Shown here: positions 35,501-47,394 of the stretch, in pieces
How positions within the stretch are numbered: the stretch's first letter is position 1
Layout of the letters: each line of letters opens with the position of its first letter
Assembly: GCA_030141605.1 (NCBI GenBank)
Contig: JAQGDQ010000271.1
Span: 1 to 64,000, forward strand
Direction: 5' to 3'
Length of the DNA: 64,000 nt
From: Tubiluchus corallicola
Taxonomy: Eukaryota > Animalia > Priapulida
Position numbers and translations under genes: made by a program
Notes under the pieces: model-generated
Databases searched by the model: none
The model's input: only the letters and a program-made list of their open reading frames with translations
Told to the model about the DNA's origin: nothing

Positions 35501-36585
35501 AGAAAAAAGACTTATTATACTGAATATTATCGATAATATTGAGTGAAAATACGGGGTGCTGCTGTTCCACGGTCCCCTATACACGAGCCGCCACTTGGTA
35601 AATGTTAAAAGAAAAAGTTGCAAAATAATTGTCCAATCTCGTTTTTTATATCATCAGAACAAATCATCTAGTCAAAAAAACATGTTTAAGAATTTGTTAG
35701 GTAGCGGAATCTTTTAACACTAACAAAAATGCTTCGAAATAGCATTTTAAATTCTAATAAAACCATTTAATTTTGCTAGGTTTAACCCAGACAGATTCGA
35801 TGCAGAGCAGAGTAAGCACAGGAGCACATTTGCTTTTCAACCGTTTGGCTTTTCGGGAAAAAGGATTTGTCCAGGATACAGGTACTTTTATATATTGCAT
35901 ATCTAAGTACTTTACTTTTCCAAATCAATGAATTTGCCAAAGATTTGCACCTGCATTTCAATGGCAGACAGCGACCTTCATCAGGAGTAATTGATCAAAA
36001 TTAATGAATTGATGATACAGCCATTGCTAGATTACTATAGTATAATTCAATAAAGTTCCAAAAGCAATATTAAATGAAATTTTTTGCAAATGAAAGTAAA
36101 CAAACAAAAAACAAAATATTTTACTTATTTTAGAATCACCTTTTTTAGTTTTAATAATAGTTGGTTTTGCAAAAATGTTTCGGTTCGGTTTCGTATTGGT
36201 ATCGGTTTCCTATGTTTCATAAATTTCGGTTTCGGTTTGCATATTCAGTTTCGGTAACATCCCTGACCGTACTCCTAACCCTAACCCAATTTTATCCCTA
36301 ATCCTAATGCTCTTTTTGAATTAATTTCTTGCATGTGGGAAATTGCAAACTTTAGCTTTAGAACCTTATAACCGATGTAAACATGGATTTGTGTTATTTC
36401 ATTAATCAAATCCATTAACGTGTCTCATTAACAGGTTAGCTTATGCAGAGGCTAGCATAGCTATGTCTGTACTGTGCCGCCGTTTCAAATTTCACATGGT
36501 GCCCGGACAGGTGGTTGAACCCCAACATGGGCTAGTCACCCGACCACAAGAAGAAATATGGATAACTGTTACGGAGAGGAAGTGA
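23599..36585 (+). CDS. CYP20A1: Cytochrome P450 20A1-like, 12 exons, 474 aa
   Basis: Exons 23599-23670, 24240-24292, 24555-24724, 25045-25190, 27456-27623, 28762-28840, 30009-30194, 31670-31790, 32649-32760, 34787-34851, 35780-35881, 36435-36585 (1425 nt, all GT-AG, in phase). N-terminus MLDFVIFAVTFVVVLLVAVLYLYP is characteristic of CYP20A1. I-helix GGFHTT, ETLR, FNPDRF, heme motif FGFSGKRICPG. Confidence 0.95.
25940..26080. mobile_element. Small TIR element with telomere-like (TAACCC) degenerate repeats; partial copy at 36268-36350
   Basis: aattccccaca ... tgtggggaatt ends. Internal accctaaccctaaa. Confidence 0.5.
26666..27349. mobile_element. hAT-like MITE
   Basis: cagagatgggcgg ... ccgtcccaatctg ends, with atccgc subterminal repeats. 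Confidence 0.55.
29284..29908. mobile_element. ~630-bp TIR element, family X copy 1
   Basis: TIR atgtgtgcttgca...cataa(g/c)tcggca. Reverse complement of the copies at 31820 and 37326. Confidence 0.8.
30976..31510 (-). mobile_element. Putative non-autonomous Helitron-like element
   Basis: GC-rich island. Reverse strand starts in (TA)n and ends gcgggacctttgCTAGt. No TIR or TSD. Confidence 0.45.
31820..32468. mobile_element. TIR element, family X copy 2 (inverted vs copy 1)
   Basis: atgtgtgcttgca ... tgcaagcacacat. Body matches copies 1 and 3. Confidence 0.8.
32789..33153. mobile_element. hAT MITE
   Basis: TIR taggggtgagcat/atgctcgccccta. 8-bp TSD ttggctgg/ttggttgg. ttcgaa subrepeats. Confidence 0.8.
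33425..34019 (+). mobile_element. Kolobok-like non-autonomous element, family W copy 1
   Basis: ttaa|agcaaaactgg ... ctgttttctt|ttaa. Homologous to 39836-40824, 50574-51443 and 63851-64000. Confidence 0.65.
34261..34757 (+). mobile_element. hAT-like MITE, family Y copy 1
   Basis: TIR c(a/g)gggatgagaat ... attct(c/g)atccctg. Highly similar to 49809-50269 (inverted) and 61222-61716. Confidence 0.8.
35120..35595. mobile_element. Dispersed repeat, family Z copy 1
   Basis: Reverse complement of 38472-39125, which has an internal expansion. Confidence 0.65.
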
Positions 36586-37325
36586 AAAGCAAGTTTAAGC
36601 ATATATAGTTATTTGTGGATGCTTAGCTACTAGTTTACTAAATATTTGCATGCATCATATTTCCGGTTTGTTCGAAGGACTGTGTTACTTATTGTGCATG
36701 CAGATTTTTTAGGGTTGACTTCACAGTAAACAAGGTGTTAGTTTGTATACCTTTTTGCATTGTTTGGTATATTACATCATGATGGTTAGAGTAATTCAGG
36801 ATGTACGCTTGTGCTTAATAAGTTTTATGAAAATTAAAACATTAATTGGTTAAACAGTTAATTTTCTAATAAGCATGTTATAATTTTAGTAAAAAATGGT
36901 TTGATTCCAAAGATTATTTGATTTGTTTATACTATTGAGCTGCCGCTACAAACTTACCGAATTTAAGGCTCTTATTGTAAAACAGCTTATGGATAGTGGT
37001 ACAAATTCACATCATACTGACTAATTAATGGACTTTGCTTATCATGGTACCAAGCAGGCAAGTGTTGACGAAGTAACTAATTGTAGATAAATTTTGCTAA
37101 TTTAGTAATTAGTAGTAACAAGAATGAGAAGTTAACTCTCAGTACATGTTCTGGCATAGAGATAAAATCATATTGCTAAACTATTGTTACTGTTGTTTAC
37201 AGCAAAATGATTGTTTTCCTACAAAATATTGTTTTCTTACAGCCAGGAATGTCCAGTATTCTCAATTTTTTAAAACTATTGCATGTAAGCAGTAGCAGCG
37301 ACTAGCTTTAACAGGCCACATTCAA

Positions 37326-37994
37326 ATGTGCGCTTGCATAGTAAAATCCTCCATAAGTCGGCAATTAATTTTTTCTAGCTATGCAAATACACTGAATCTC
37401 CATTTCATGAAGATCATTTTGATACCAAGTTCATTGTTCTATTGCTAAGCTGAGTCCATTGTTCTATCACCCACTTTGAAGTTGAGGTGCAGGCTGCGCA
37501 CGGAAAAATATAACCTTGAAAGAATCGCTGTTAAAGTCAGCCATTGCATTTTTGTTGTGTTTCTACAAAACACTTAGCAACCGCACAAATGTTGGTTGCT
37601 ACGAATTTTGCAAGATCACGTTGAAGTTATGTTTAAATCCAGTAGATGGCTCTTCCTGACGAAGATCTGGGCTTGGCACAGAAAAAACCGGAAGCAAAAT
37701 GGCTGCTTCCACGAGCTACAATTGGAGTTTGAAAATACAAGTTTTTTGTAATTGCATTACTCTTATCTAGCCAGAAACGTGAGTACAGGGTTATAAAATT
37801 AGATTTTTAGTACTTTGCAAACATTTTCTTGATAATTTGATATTAGAATATAAAAGTCCAATATATGTAGCGTGTGTTTTTATAAAAAACAAAAAAAGAC
37901 ATTTGACCAAATTTTTGGTTCATTCTACTTTGAAGCGTCATAATGTAGTTTTAATTATGCCGACTTATGGATGGTTTTGGTTTGCAAACACAAA
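37326..37994. mobile_element. TIR element, family X copy 3
   Basis: Same orientation as, and closely similar to, 31820-32468. Confidence 0.8.
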
Positions 37995-38471
37995 CAAATA
38001 ACTAAAAATTATTTAAGTCCTTATGCAAACTTCATTATAGTTTTTCTTTGAGTGCAGTCAATGAAAAATATCCCATAAATAACCAGATTAATAACATAAA
38101 CAAAAACATTCTAAAAACTAATTTAGCAGTTTTGGAAATTTCTTGTATTTTTTTGTTTTTTTCACCTTTTTATGCTCAATGAAAAAGGATTTCAGTTGCA
38201 GTTCAAAAAGCTGTTTCCTTTCTTCTTTTTTGTTTTTTAATTGTAGGATTTTTTTAATTTGCCGCCTCTATTCTTGTCATTAGAAATTAATCTGTGTTAC
38301 TGCTGTTCAAGTTTATAGATCATGTCTGTACAAATTTTATAAAAACTTGCACTAGAGAAAATATTTTTTATCTGCTGACTTTATATTTTAATGTTCTAGT
38401 TTACTCCTAGCAAGGTAATGCAAAACTATAGTGTGCAAAATTGAACTAGTTTTAAAACTTGTTGAGTAACA

Positions 38472-39125
38472 AGACTCGTGTATAGGTACTGCGTAACTGC
38501 AGCACCCCCTATTTTCACTCGATATTATCTATAATATTCAGTATAATAAGTCTTTTTGTCTTTACTTCTTTCATACTTGTAAGTAACCAGAACAGGTTAG
38601 TACTGCTTGCTTTACAGCCCAGTACAGTGCGCTCCAGTAATGCGGTGTTTGGCTGTTGTGCACATACGGCCACGTGATAATAGTACTGTTTGCTTCACAG
38701 GCCAGGAACTCACAGCTCCAGCAACGTGTTGTTTCTGGCTGTTGTGCACATGTCGCCATAGCACGTGAGCATAGTACTGCTTGCTTCACAGCCCAGCACA
38801 GTGTGCTCACAGCTCCAGGACATGCGGCCATGCACACATGCCTAAGCCCAGAAAGAAAAAGTACTGTCGCTCACGCAGTTTGTTGTCAGTTGTCACGTGC
38901 TTACCGTGAATGGCTCAAACTTGAACTGCGACAATTTTGGCCATTAGTAAGCAAAAAATATTTTTGTTTAAGATTTTATCAAGTTTATGACAAACCTTCA
39001 TACGTTTGTTTGTTTAAAATTACAATTACAACATTGAAATTATACATATTTGCTTAGTTTACACAGTATTAAAACAATAGCTAAAAATTCTCTGAAACAG
39101 CACCCCCACTAATTTTAGGTACGAG
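38472..39125. mobile_element. Dispersed repeat, family Z copy 2
   Basis: Inverted homologue of 35120-35595, with internal tandem tactgcttgcttcacagccc repeats. Confidence 0.65.
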
Positions 39126-39454
39126 TTGACACTGGAAACACCATTAGATTCACCCACATGATTAGCAATGCACGAACATTCCAAGCAGTGCCTTTTTATG
39201 CTGAAAAAATGGATGCACAACCACGCAAACATTCTGTAATTTCTTACGCTGAGCTACTTCCATCTTATTTCATTCTCTAGAAATCTTTGCATATAACAAA
39301 TCATTTTGTTCCATCCTGGCATCTGCATACTATTCTTTCAGACATCCAAGTAGTTCCAAAAGTGATTTTTTTGTATGTAGACTAGAGTGTTTCTACAAGT
39401 TGATGTGAAAAGCGTATCGAATGGTCTCAAGCCTCCCAGAAATCGATACTATAT

Positions 39455-42400
39455 CTATGACATCCTTTGCGGATTAAAGCTTTCAACTGTACCTAGTGTT
39501 TCAACCGACAGGTCGTTGTCTCTGTGTATAAAGTTTGCTGTTGCAGAAAACGACCAAATATGATGGTTGTGTGGCTTTTGCCGGATGAAAAGAAAAATGG
39601 GGACACAAAATTGTCCACTGCACACAAATGATTGCCAAGAAAATGGCAAAAAATAGCTGTTTAACAAACTTTTATAGGTAAGAGGTCTACATCATCAGCA
39701 TACATAATAACGCAAACTTTTATAGATAAGAGGTCTACATCATCAGCATACATAATAACGCAAACTTTTATGGGTAAGAGGTCAACATCATCAGCAAACA
39801 TAATATCTTATATATTGTATTTAATTGTGGTACCCTTGAAGGAAACTGGACCCCCATTTTAAAAGGAAACTGGACCCCCATTTTAAACTGCAGCTCAAAA
39901 CAATTTACCCCAGTGGTTCCCAAAGTAGGGGTAACTTACCCCCCGGGGGTAATATGGTTTTTTTGGGGGGGGGTAACGGGCACCCCTCTGAAAATTTTTA
40001 AAACTTCGCTCGGAATGTATTTTACGTAGTTTTCTTCTTGAAGAGACTGCCTCCGGCAGGCAACACTATGTCATGGGGTCCATCATTCGCTTGTTGGACT
40101 AGCTAGAATTTTGCTTGCTTGTGGCATATACGTGTGTTTACTTTTTGAGTTGGAGAAGTAGTACTAGGTGGGGGGGGGTAATGGACACGACCGGGTTTCC
40201 CGATTTGGGTAACGGTTCGAGAAAGTTTGGGAACCACTGATTTACCCCGTGACATATTGAAAGGAAACATGCAATTTTTTCAAAAATTATTTGCGTGAAA
40301 ACATTATCACACAAACACAATTTCTTGTTCACGTTCACTTTGTTGTTACATGCATTTCGACATTTGCTAGTTAGATGGGCACTAGCACCTCTATTTCAGA
40401 AACGCATTGCACGAAAGAAAAACAGGTGCTGTACCTCTCAGTTTAGAAGTGTTCATTTGTGATGTAGTGCACATGTTCAAGAGCTCGTGTGAGCACAGTG
40501 GTAAACTTGAATTTTAAACTTAAAATTTGTTGAGTTTTTGCATGTCAGACTGAATGATGTACATTAGCATTGTACTACAATTTTCGCTTTCGCAAACACG
40601 TGCAACACACTCATGGAAGCATGTGCTGTTGAAAATTATGCTCATTTGTGATGTGGCGGGCTCGCCCTCCGTTAATTAAGTTTTTAACGTATTATTTGAT
40701 TATCAAAACGACTTTGGCACCATTAACATTAGGTGTAACATTAACAACTGTAAGATGTTAAAATGTATACTTTTTATAGTAGTTCAAAGAGGGGTAGAAT
40801 GTGAAAAATCATCCTGTTTCCTTTAGCATCTAAAACAATAATACTACTACTTACACGCAGGACAGAGCAATAAGTATAATCAACAACAGAAATGAGACAG
40901 TTAGTGCAACAGCAACAGTGTCTTCATCTTGTCCTGAAAAGAAAAAAGTCACTTCAAGGCCAGAAAAAAGAATATTAAGCGTTCATTTCATTTATCATAG
41001 AAACTCTGAACTTCACATGGTCATATCTGAGCTCTACTGTTTATCTCTACTAATTAACACCAATAATTAAGAAACTAACTAATAATGTAATCAAAACTAA
41101 ACAGTAAACAAAAAAAAACAACTGTAATCGCGCTTGTATCAAAGTACAGTAAACTCCGCGTAACTCAAATACAAACGAAAAAACTTTGAGTTAGGCGATG
41201 TTGAACCATTTTCCAGCATAGAAACTCTCTCTCTCTCTATATATATATAACTAATATAATATATTATATATATAAATTCTTTATTTGTCATTAAAATGGT
41301 TCACTCATTATAATAAAATTGAGTAAGCCTCGGCGTAATGTTAAAATAACAACACTGTTCAAGACAAATGCGTCCAGTGCAGACTAAAAAATTCTAAAGT
41401 GCAAAACTAAGGCCTAATTATATACAATAAATGAACATATTTACAAACACCATTTTACAAAACAATATTACAAAAGTACACTAAATTTTACATGACATAT
41501 TTTACACAATATACATTTAACATGACAGAATTAGCAGAAACATGCTTTACATTACATAAATTTCACTAATTACATTTACACTATTTATACATTTGACATT
41601 ACAAAACTAACATAACACGAACATTTTCCAGCATAGAAATTCTAAACCCCTCCCTCCAGACGCCGAGCTAAATAGAAGGCAGAAAGTCAACCCTTCTATA
41701 CGTAAACGAGGAGATTTGATGACAATTACATAAAGAATAACAAATTATGCAGTGAAAACACGATTTTTTATGTTACAAAAGGACACGTACAAAACACGGA
41801 AAGATCAGTCCCGGAGAAAATAATCAGGGTGTCACGACTTGTGAGACATCAGAATTTTCCGGAAAGACGATGCTGTTTTTGAGTTGTATTAAACTTTTTG
41901 TTTTTCTATAGTATAAATTGTATTTTTGAGTCAGGTGATGTAAATTATATACCATTTTTATTTGAGTTGGGCGAAATTTTGAGTTAAGTGATATTTTTGC
42001 GAGAATAAGAAGGATTTCATCCATTCCGCTGAAATTCTTTGGGTTAGGCGAAAATTTCAGTTACATATTTTGAATTAAGTGATATTTTTGTGAGAATAAT
42101 GGGGGATTTCATCCGTTCCGCTGAAATTCTTTGGGTTAGGTGGAAATTTGAGACTATTAATAAGGTGGGAATGGTATTTCTCATTTATTAGTATGATATT
42201 TTCACTACACAAAATAATTTCCTAATCAAGCACTAGTTGATATGATCAAGAAAAGCCACATAAAGAAAGAATTATAATACATACGAACACAGCCCTTTGC
42301 ACCGACCATGTCAGGTGTCATGTCACGTGTGCAATTTGCGCATCTCGTCATTCCGAATGAAGACGCATAGGTTCCATTTGGACAGGGATGACATATCCGA

Positions 42401-45400
42401 TCATCAGCTGTACTGTATGTACCAGGTAAACATGGAACTAGTGAAATTATAAACAAAAGCTCTATGTAGATAAAATAGTTGAGCAGCTGTGAAGTTAAGC
42501 AGTGCTAGACTTAGTTAGTAAGAGCCTCAAAGCTACCTTTGGACTGCTTCTCTTGCCACATTGTCTCAAGCTAAACTTCTCTTGTTGAAGAAGGATGAAT
42601 ATATGCCCAAGCATGTCTAAGAGGGGTACTGTCAAAGGACCACCGGACGAAGGACCACCAGGAAAATGTCAACACAAACTCGTGTGAGATACATTGTGCT
42701 TTGTGTTGAGATATTTTTATTAGTAATTCTGCACGTTAAACTGTAAACAGTCTGCATTCTTTATTTTTCAGTATCTTTCTACCCGTTTTGCCAAAATACT
42801 GTTTTTTTGCATCTGATAATTCGATGGTGCTGTAGATTAAAAAATAAAAATTTTAAAAGTTTAAAAAAATAAAATTTAAATCTTCTGTCCGGTAGTCCTT
42901 TGACCTATAGCCGGCTAAGACTAAAACCAACACCTCTATCAATTAAGTATCTGAAGGGATTTTAGAATATTTTTCTTAACAATCAGATAGATACCTGTCT
43001 TGCCACACCCATATATACCAAGCTTATGTCATGCCGTTCAGAGCGGATGCTTGTAAGAATAAAGTTAAGCAAATCTTAAACATAAAACAATTTGAACTCT
43101 TATGAACACACCATCATAAATTTCTACTTGCAGAAAATTGTCATATACAGGCGCAATAATAAAATTAATCACAAGTTTTGAAACTGATTGCTTACCAGAA
43201 GATGATGTGAAGCTGCCCTTACATATGTTATCAAAAAGCAGTTGTGCAAATATATCTATTCGTAAGTTGTCTATATAAAGCATGAAACAGACTTTTGCAT
43301 ATAATTCAGTTCAATTCAATTTCAATTTATTTATCTCTTTATAATACTACGATAAAACATGATTAATAAAAGAATCGCTAATAAATTTTGAAGAATGGTT
43401 AAACTGAATCGATACATCTAGAACTAGAGAAAGGACAGCGAAAAGACAATTCAAATCAATTTATTTATCTCCTTATAATGCTACAATAAAACATGATTAA
43501 TAAAAGAATCGCTAATAAGTTTTGAAGAATGGTTAAAATGTATAGATAGATCTAGAACTAGAGAAAGGATAGCGAAAAGACTATAAAGTCACCTAGTCTG
43601 CTATCCTTTACCGAAAATAGATAAAATGATTTTTAGACACTGGTGGGCATTAATGTTATCAGTTTAATTTAGGAAACATTAGTAATTTTTAAAATTATGA
43701 CATTTTCTATATAATCCAGAGTAAAGAAAATACATCTAGTTTAATTAGTAGGCAACAAAATAAGGTCAATCTTGATTAAAGAAAGTAAAAATTGCATTTA
43801 GATTTTATGTGAAATACAGGTCAAAATTGTTATGAAATGATAAAAAACTTTGAGTTAATAATACTATTAATCAACAACAGGAGTTAAATACATTTTGATT
43901 TGAGTTCAACTTCATTATTTCTAGGCTTATTGATTAAGAACAAATCTACTGACTTGGACAATAATACTAAATAATATAATTCTCAATGTAAATATACTAG
44001 TAGTTATTGTACTTTACCACACATGCTGCCATTGTTCTTTAGCTGATATCCTGCATGACAGTAACCCTTGCAACGAAACACGGCCATCTTTTCTGTTGGA
44101 GCCATGTGACCAACAGGTTGCGTGACTCTGCGGTTTTTTGCACGCAATAATTCTCTATCACTGTATTTTTTCATAAAGAGTTTTCTCGGAAAATTGTATG
44201 GCTGGAAAAAACAATAATTGTCCATCCAAGTCAACAGTTTGTTAAATACTATGGTAACTGTAAACAAAGTAATTAGACTGTTGTTAAGTTTGTGGCACAC
44301 CAAGCTCTGTTTACGGTTATATCAGCAATGGGTTTTAGTTTACGGCATATAGACTACGGCCATATCACGTTGAAAACACTGGTTCTCGTCAGATCACTGA
44401 AGTCAAGCAACGTAGACCTAGTTAGTACTTGGATAGGTGACCACCTAGGAATACCAGGTTCTGTAGGCTTGCGGGATGCCCACACTGTATCTCGACACTA
44501 GGCGGAGGAGCTGCACAAGCAGCCAACGGCTAGAGGGTGGAGGAGGTCAAGTGACCCAACGGCCATGTGTAGAGGAGTAAACCTTCCAAATCAGGAGTGG
44601 AGCTCCGAAGGTGGACCAGTGCAGCATGCTCACTGACTCCGGCAGCTCCTGCAGCCAACCTGGTGCCAAACGTATTGCTCTGCTTTCTTTTGGACTACAC
44701 CAGGGAGGAAGAGAGGGGGTTCCTGTTGTCTGGGCAACTCAGCCTCTCCATACACCTTGCCCAGGCGTGCTCCCTGGAGACGTTCGAGGATCGCACTGCT
44801 CCGCCACAGCCGCTGCTCCATCAGTGTGATGAATAACTGACTCTCTTGGCGCACTTTCCATTGTCTTCAGAGACAGAAGGATGCCAACCACATGTGTTGC
44901 ACATTGAACTGTAGTAGTTATCAGTTAGAAAATGGATATGATATTTTTGCAAGGAGGTCAATGAAGAAAAAGGCTTTGATAGGAAACCAACAGATTATTG
45001 TTAATATGGCTAGAGACTGCATCGAATGATTAGAATCTAATGACTTTAATTTTTTAAAGACAGCACTGCTGCAGTCAATTCTAAATTACATTGTAACTTG
45101 TTAATTCGAAAGAAATTGTACTGCTCATATATTTTATCAGAAATACTAGGCCCATTAATTCTTTTTACTCTCGTTACATTGTTTTACATTACTAATCGCG
45201 TGAATAATCTTGACTAATAACACTTTTTATGTAAAGTATATTCGAAATGAACTGACGTTAATAATAAACAATTGCGCTAAACTAACACGTAAGAATAAAT
45301 AGTATATAGCAGTACTGTAAATTTGCCCCCTGTTTGATTTTAGCATTACTGTGTGCAGATTTCACTTAATCTGCCTACTCCTGTGCATTTAGAAGTATGG

Positions 45401-47362
45401 CTTCAAAACATAATGTAGTAAATTAAGTAATAGAGTAATGCATATAAGTCTTTGTAAATAATCGTAGTGAATTCAATGATACTTACTTTCTTCAAAACAT
45501 AATGTAGTAAATTAAGTAATAAAGTAATGCATGTAAGTATTTGTAAATAATCGAAGTGAATTCAATGATACTTACTTTCTTCAAAACATAATGTAGTAAA
45601 TTAAGTAATAAAGTAATTCATATAAGTGTTTGTAAATAATCGTAGTGAATTCAATGATACTTACTTTCTTCAAAACATAATGCAGTAAATTAAGTAATAG
45701 AGTAATGCATGTAAGTATTTGTAAATAATCGTAGTGAATTCAATGATACTTACTTTCTTCAAAACATAATTTAGCACATCACGTATGCAGCTTTTGGCAG
45801 AACCACAAAGACGAAAATTTTTAACAAAAACCCCTGACGTCGCAACTATAGTCATAGACACTAATTTTCCTGAAATATAAAAATTATGAAAGTTATTTAG
45901 ACGCTTATTCCGTTGTAACGTGTTGTCTCTTAACCTTTTAGTGCTTAGTGTTCCCATGTGGGAACATCAAGTTCCAGGTATTGTAAAATTTTGTTTTCGA
46001 AATTGAAGAAGTTGTTAGGCTAGCTTGAGTTTAGCAAGAACACTGTTTCTACATGTTTACTCAGGACAGCATTTTGTAATTTTCAACGATACCCTGTGAG
46101 TCTTATTTTTGTGTCTATTTTTATCATACTCGTCTGATCAACGTAAAGCCTGGCTAATGCTTGGATAGGTGACTGCCTAGGAAAACCAGGTGGTGTAGGC
46201 TTGCGGGATGCCCACACTGTATCTCGACACTAGGCGGAGGAGCTGCACAAGTAGCCAGCGGCTAGAGGGCGGAGAAGGTCAAGTGGCCCAACGACCATGT
46301 GTAGAGGAGTAAACCTTCCAAATCAGGAGTGGAGCCCCGAAGGCAGATCAGTGGAGCATGCTCGCTGACTCCGACAGCTCCTTCAGCCAACCTGGTGCCA
46401 AACGTATCGATCCGCTTTCCTTTGGACTACACCAGGGAGGAATAGAGGGGGTTCCTGTTGTCTGGGCAACTCAGGATCTCCATACACCTTGCTCAGGCGT
46501 GCGCCCTGGAGAGGCCACTCCAGTGGTTCAAGGATCGGATTGCTCAGCCACAGTCGACGCTGCAGCTCCATCAATGTGATCAATAACTGACTCTCTTGGC
46601 GCACACTCCATTGTCTTCCGAGACAGAAAGATGCCAAAAATTTAAAATTTTTATCATTTTTAACAGTTTTGAAACTTATTTTCATAACTCTGCAACATAA
46701 TAATAATAATAATAACATACTCTTCAGACAAAAGTATTTTGGTACACACACAGGTAACATATCTGGTTGTATTTATACTAAATAAATTCAGACAACATTT
46801 GCTACTGTAAGGACTGAGGTCTACATCAAGTACGTATGTTCCCATATGGAAACATTAGTCTCTCCTGCGCATAATTTTGTAAAAACAATTTTTAATTCAC
46901 GACGAGCATTAGCGTGTGTGGGGTTGCTTCATATATTTGCACATTTTTTGCCCTTTTGTTTATCGCTTATTTCAAAGGTTTTTCATGAAGTAGATTTGTT
47001 GTTACAGTTTAAAAATAGCTACAAAGTGCAAAAAGTTTTTAGAAAACCAAAGAGTTTTAATACAGATTTGAACATAAAACTTTTCTGCGTTGAGTTGATT
47101 TTTGTTGCTTTTGCCTTTTGTGTATGCAAACACCTAAACATGTCATGAGCCTGTGAGTAAACTTGTATTTTTAATAAGGGGCAGCTGACCAAGTGACCAA
47201 CAGGTCTTTCGCTGCTCCTTCTCAGCTGTAATGAAATGTAAAAATAATTATGACGAATTTTAACTGCTATTGAGAAAATAAAATTGAATTGAATTGATAA
47301 CCATTTCTACACAACTGCTGCAGTACACAAAAGGCAAAATAAAGATTCTACTACTACTGCTA

Positions 47363-47394
<32 letters not shown>

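Noticed and set aside
44352-44470. Functional 5S rRNA gene
   Set aside because: No oligo-T terminator. Continues into a body shared by three dispersed, diverged copies, so it is a SINE head.
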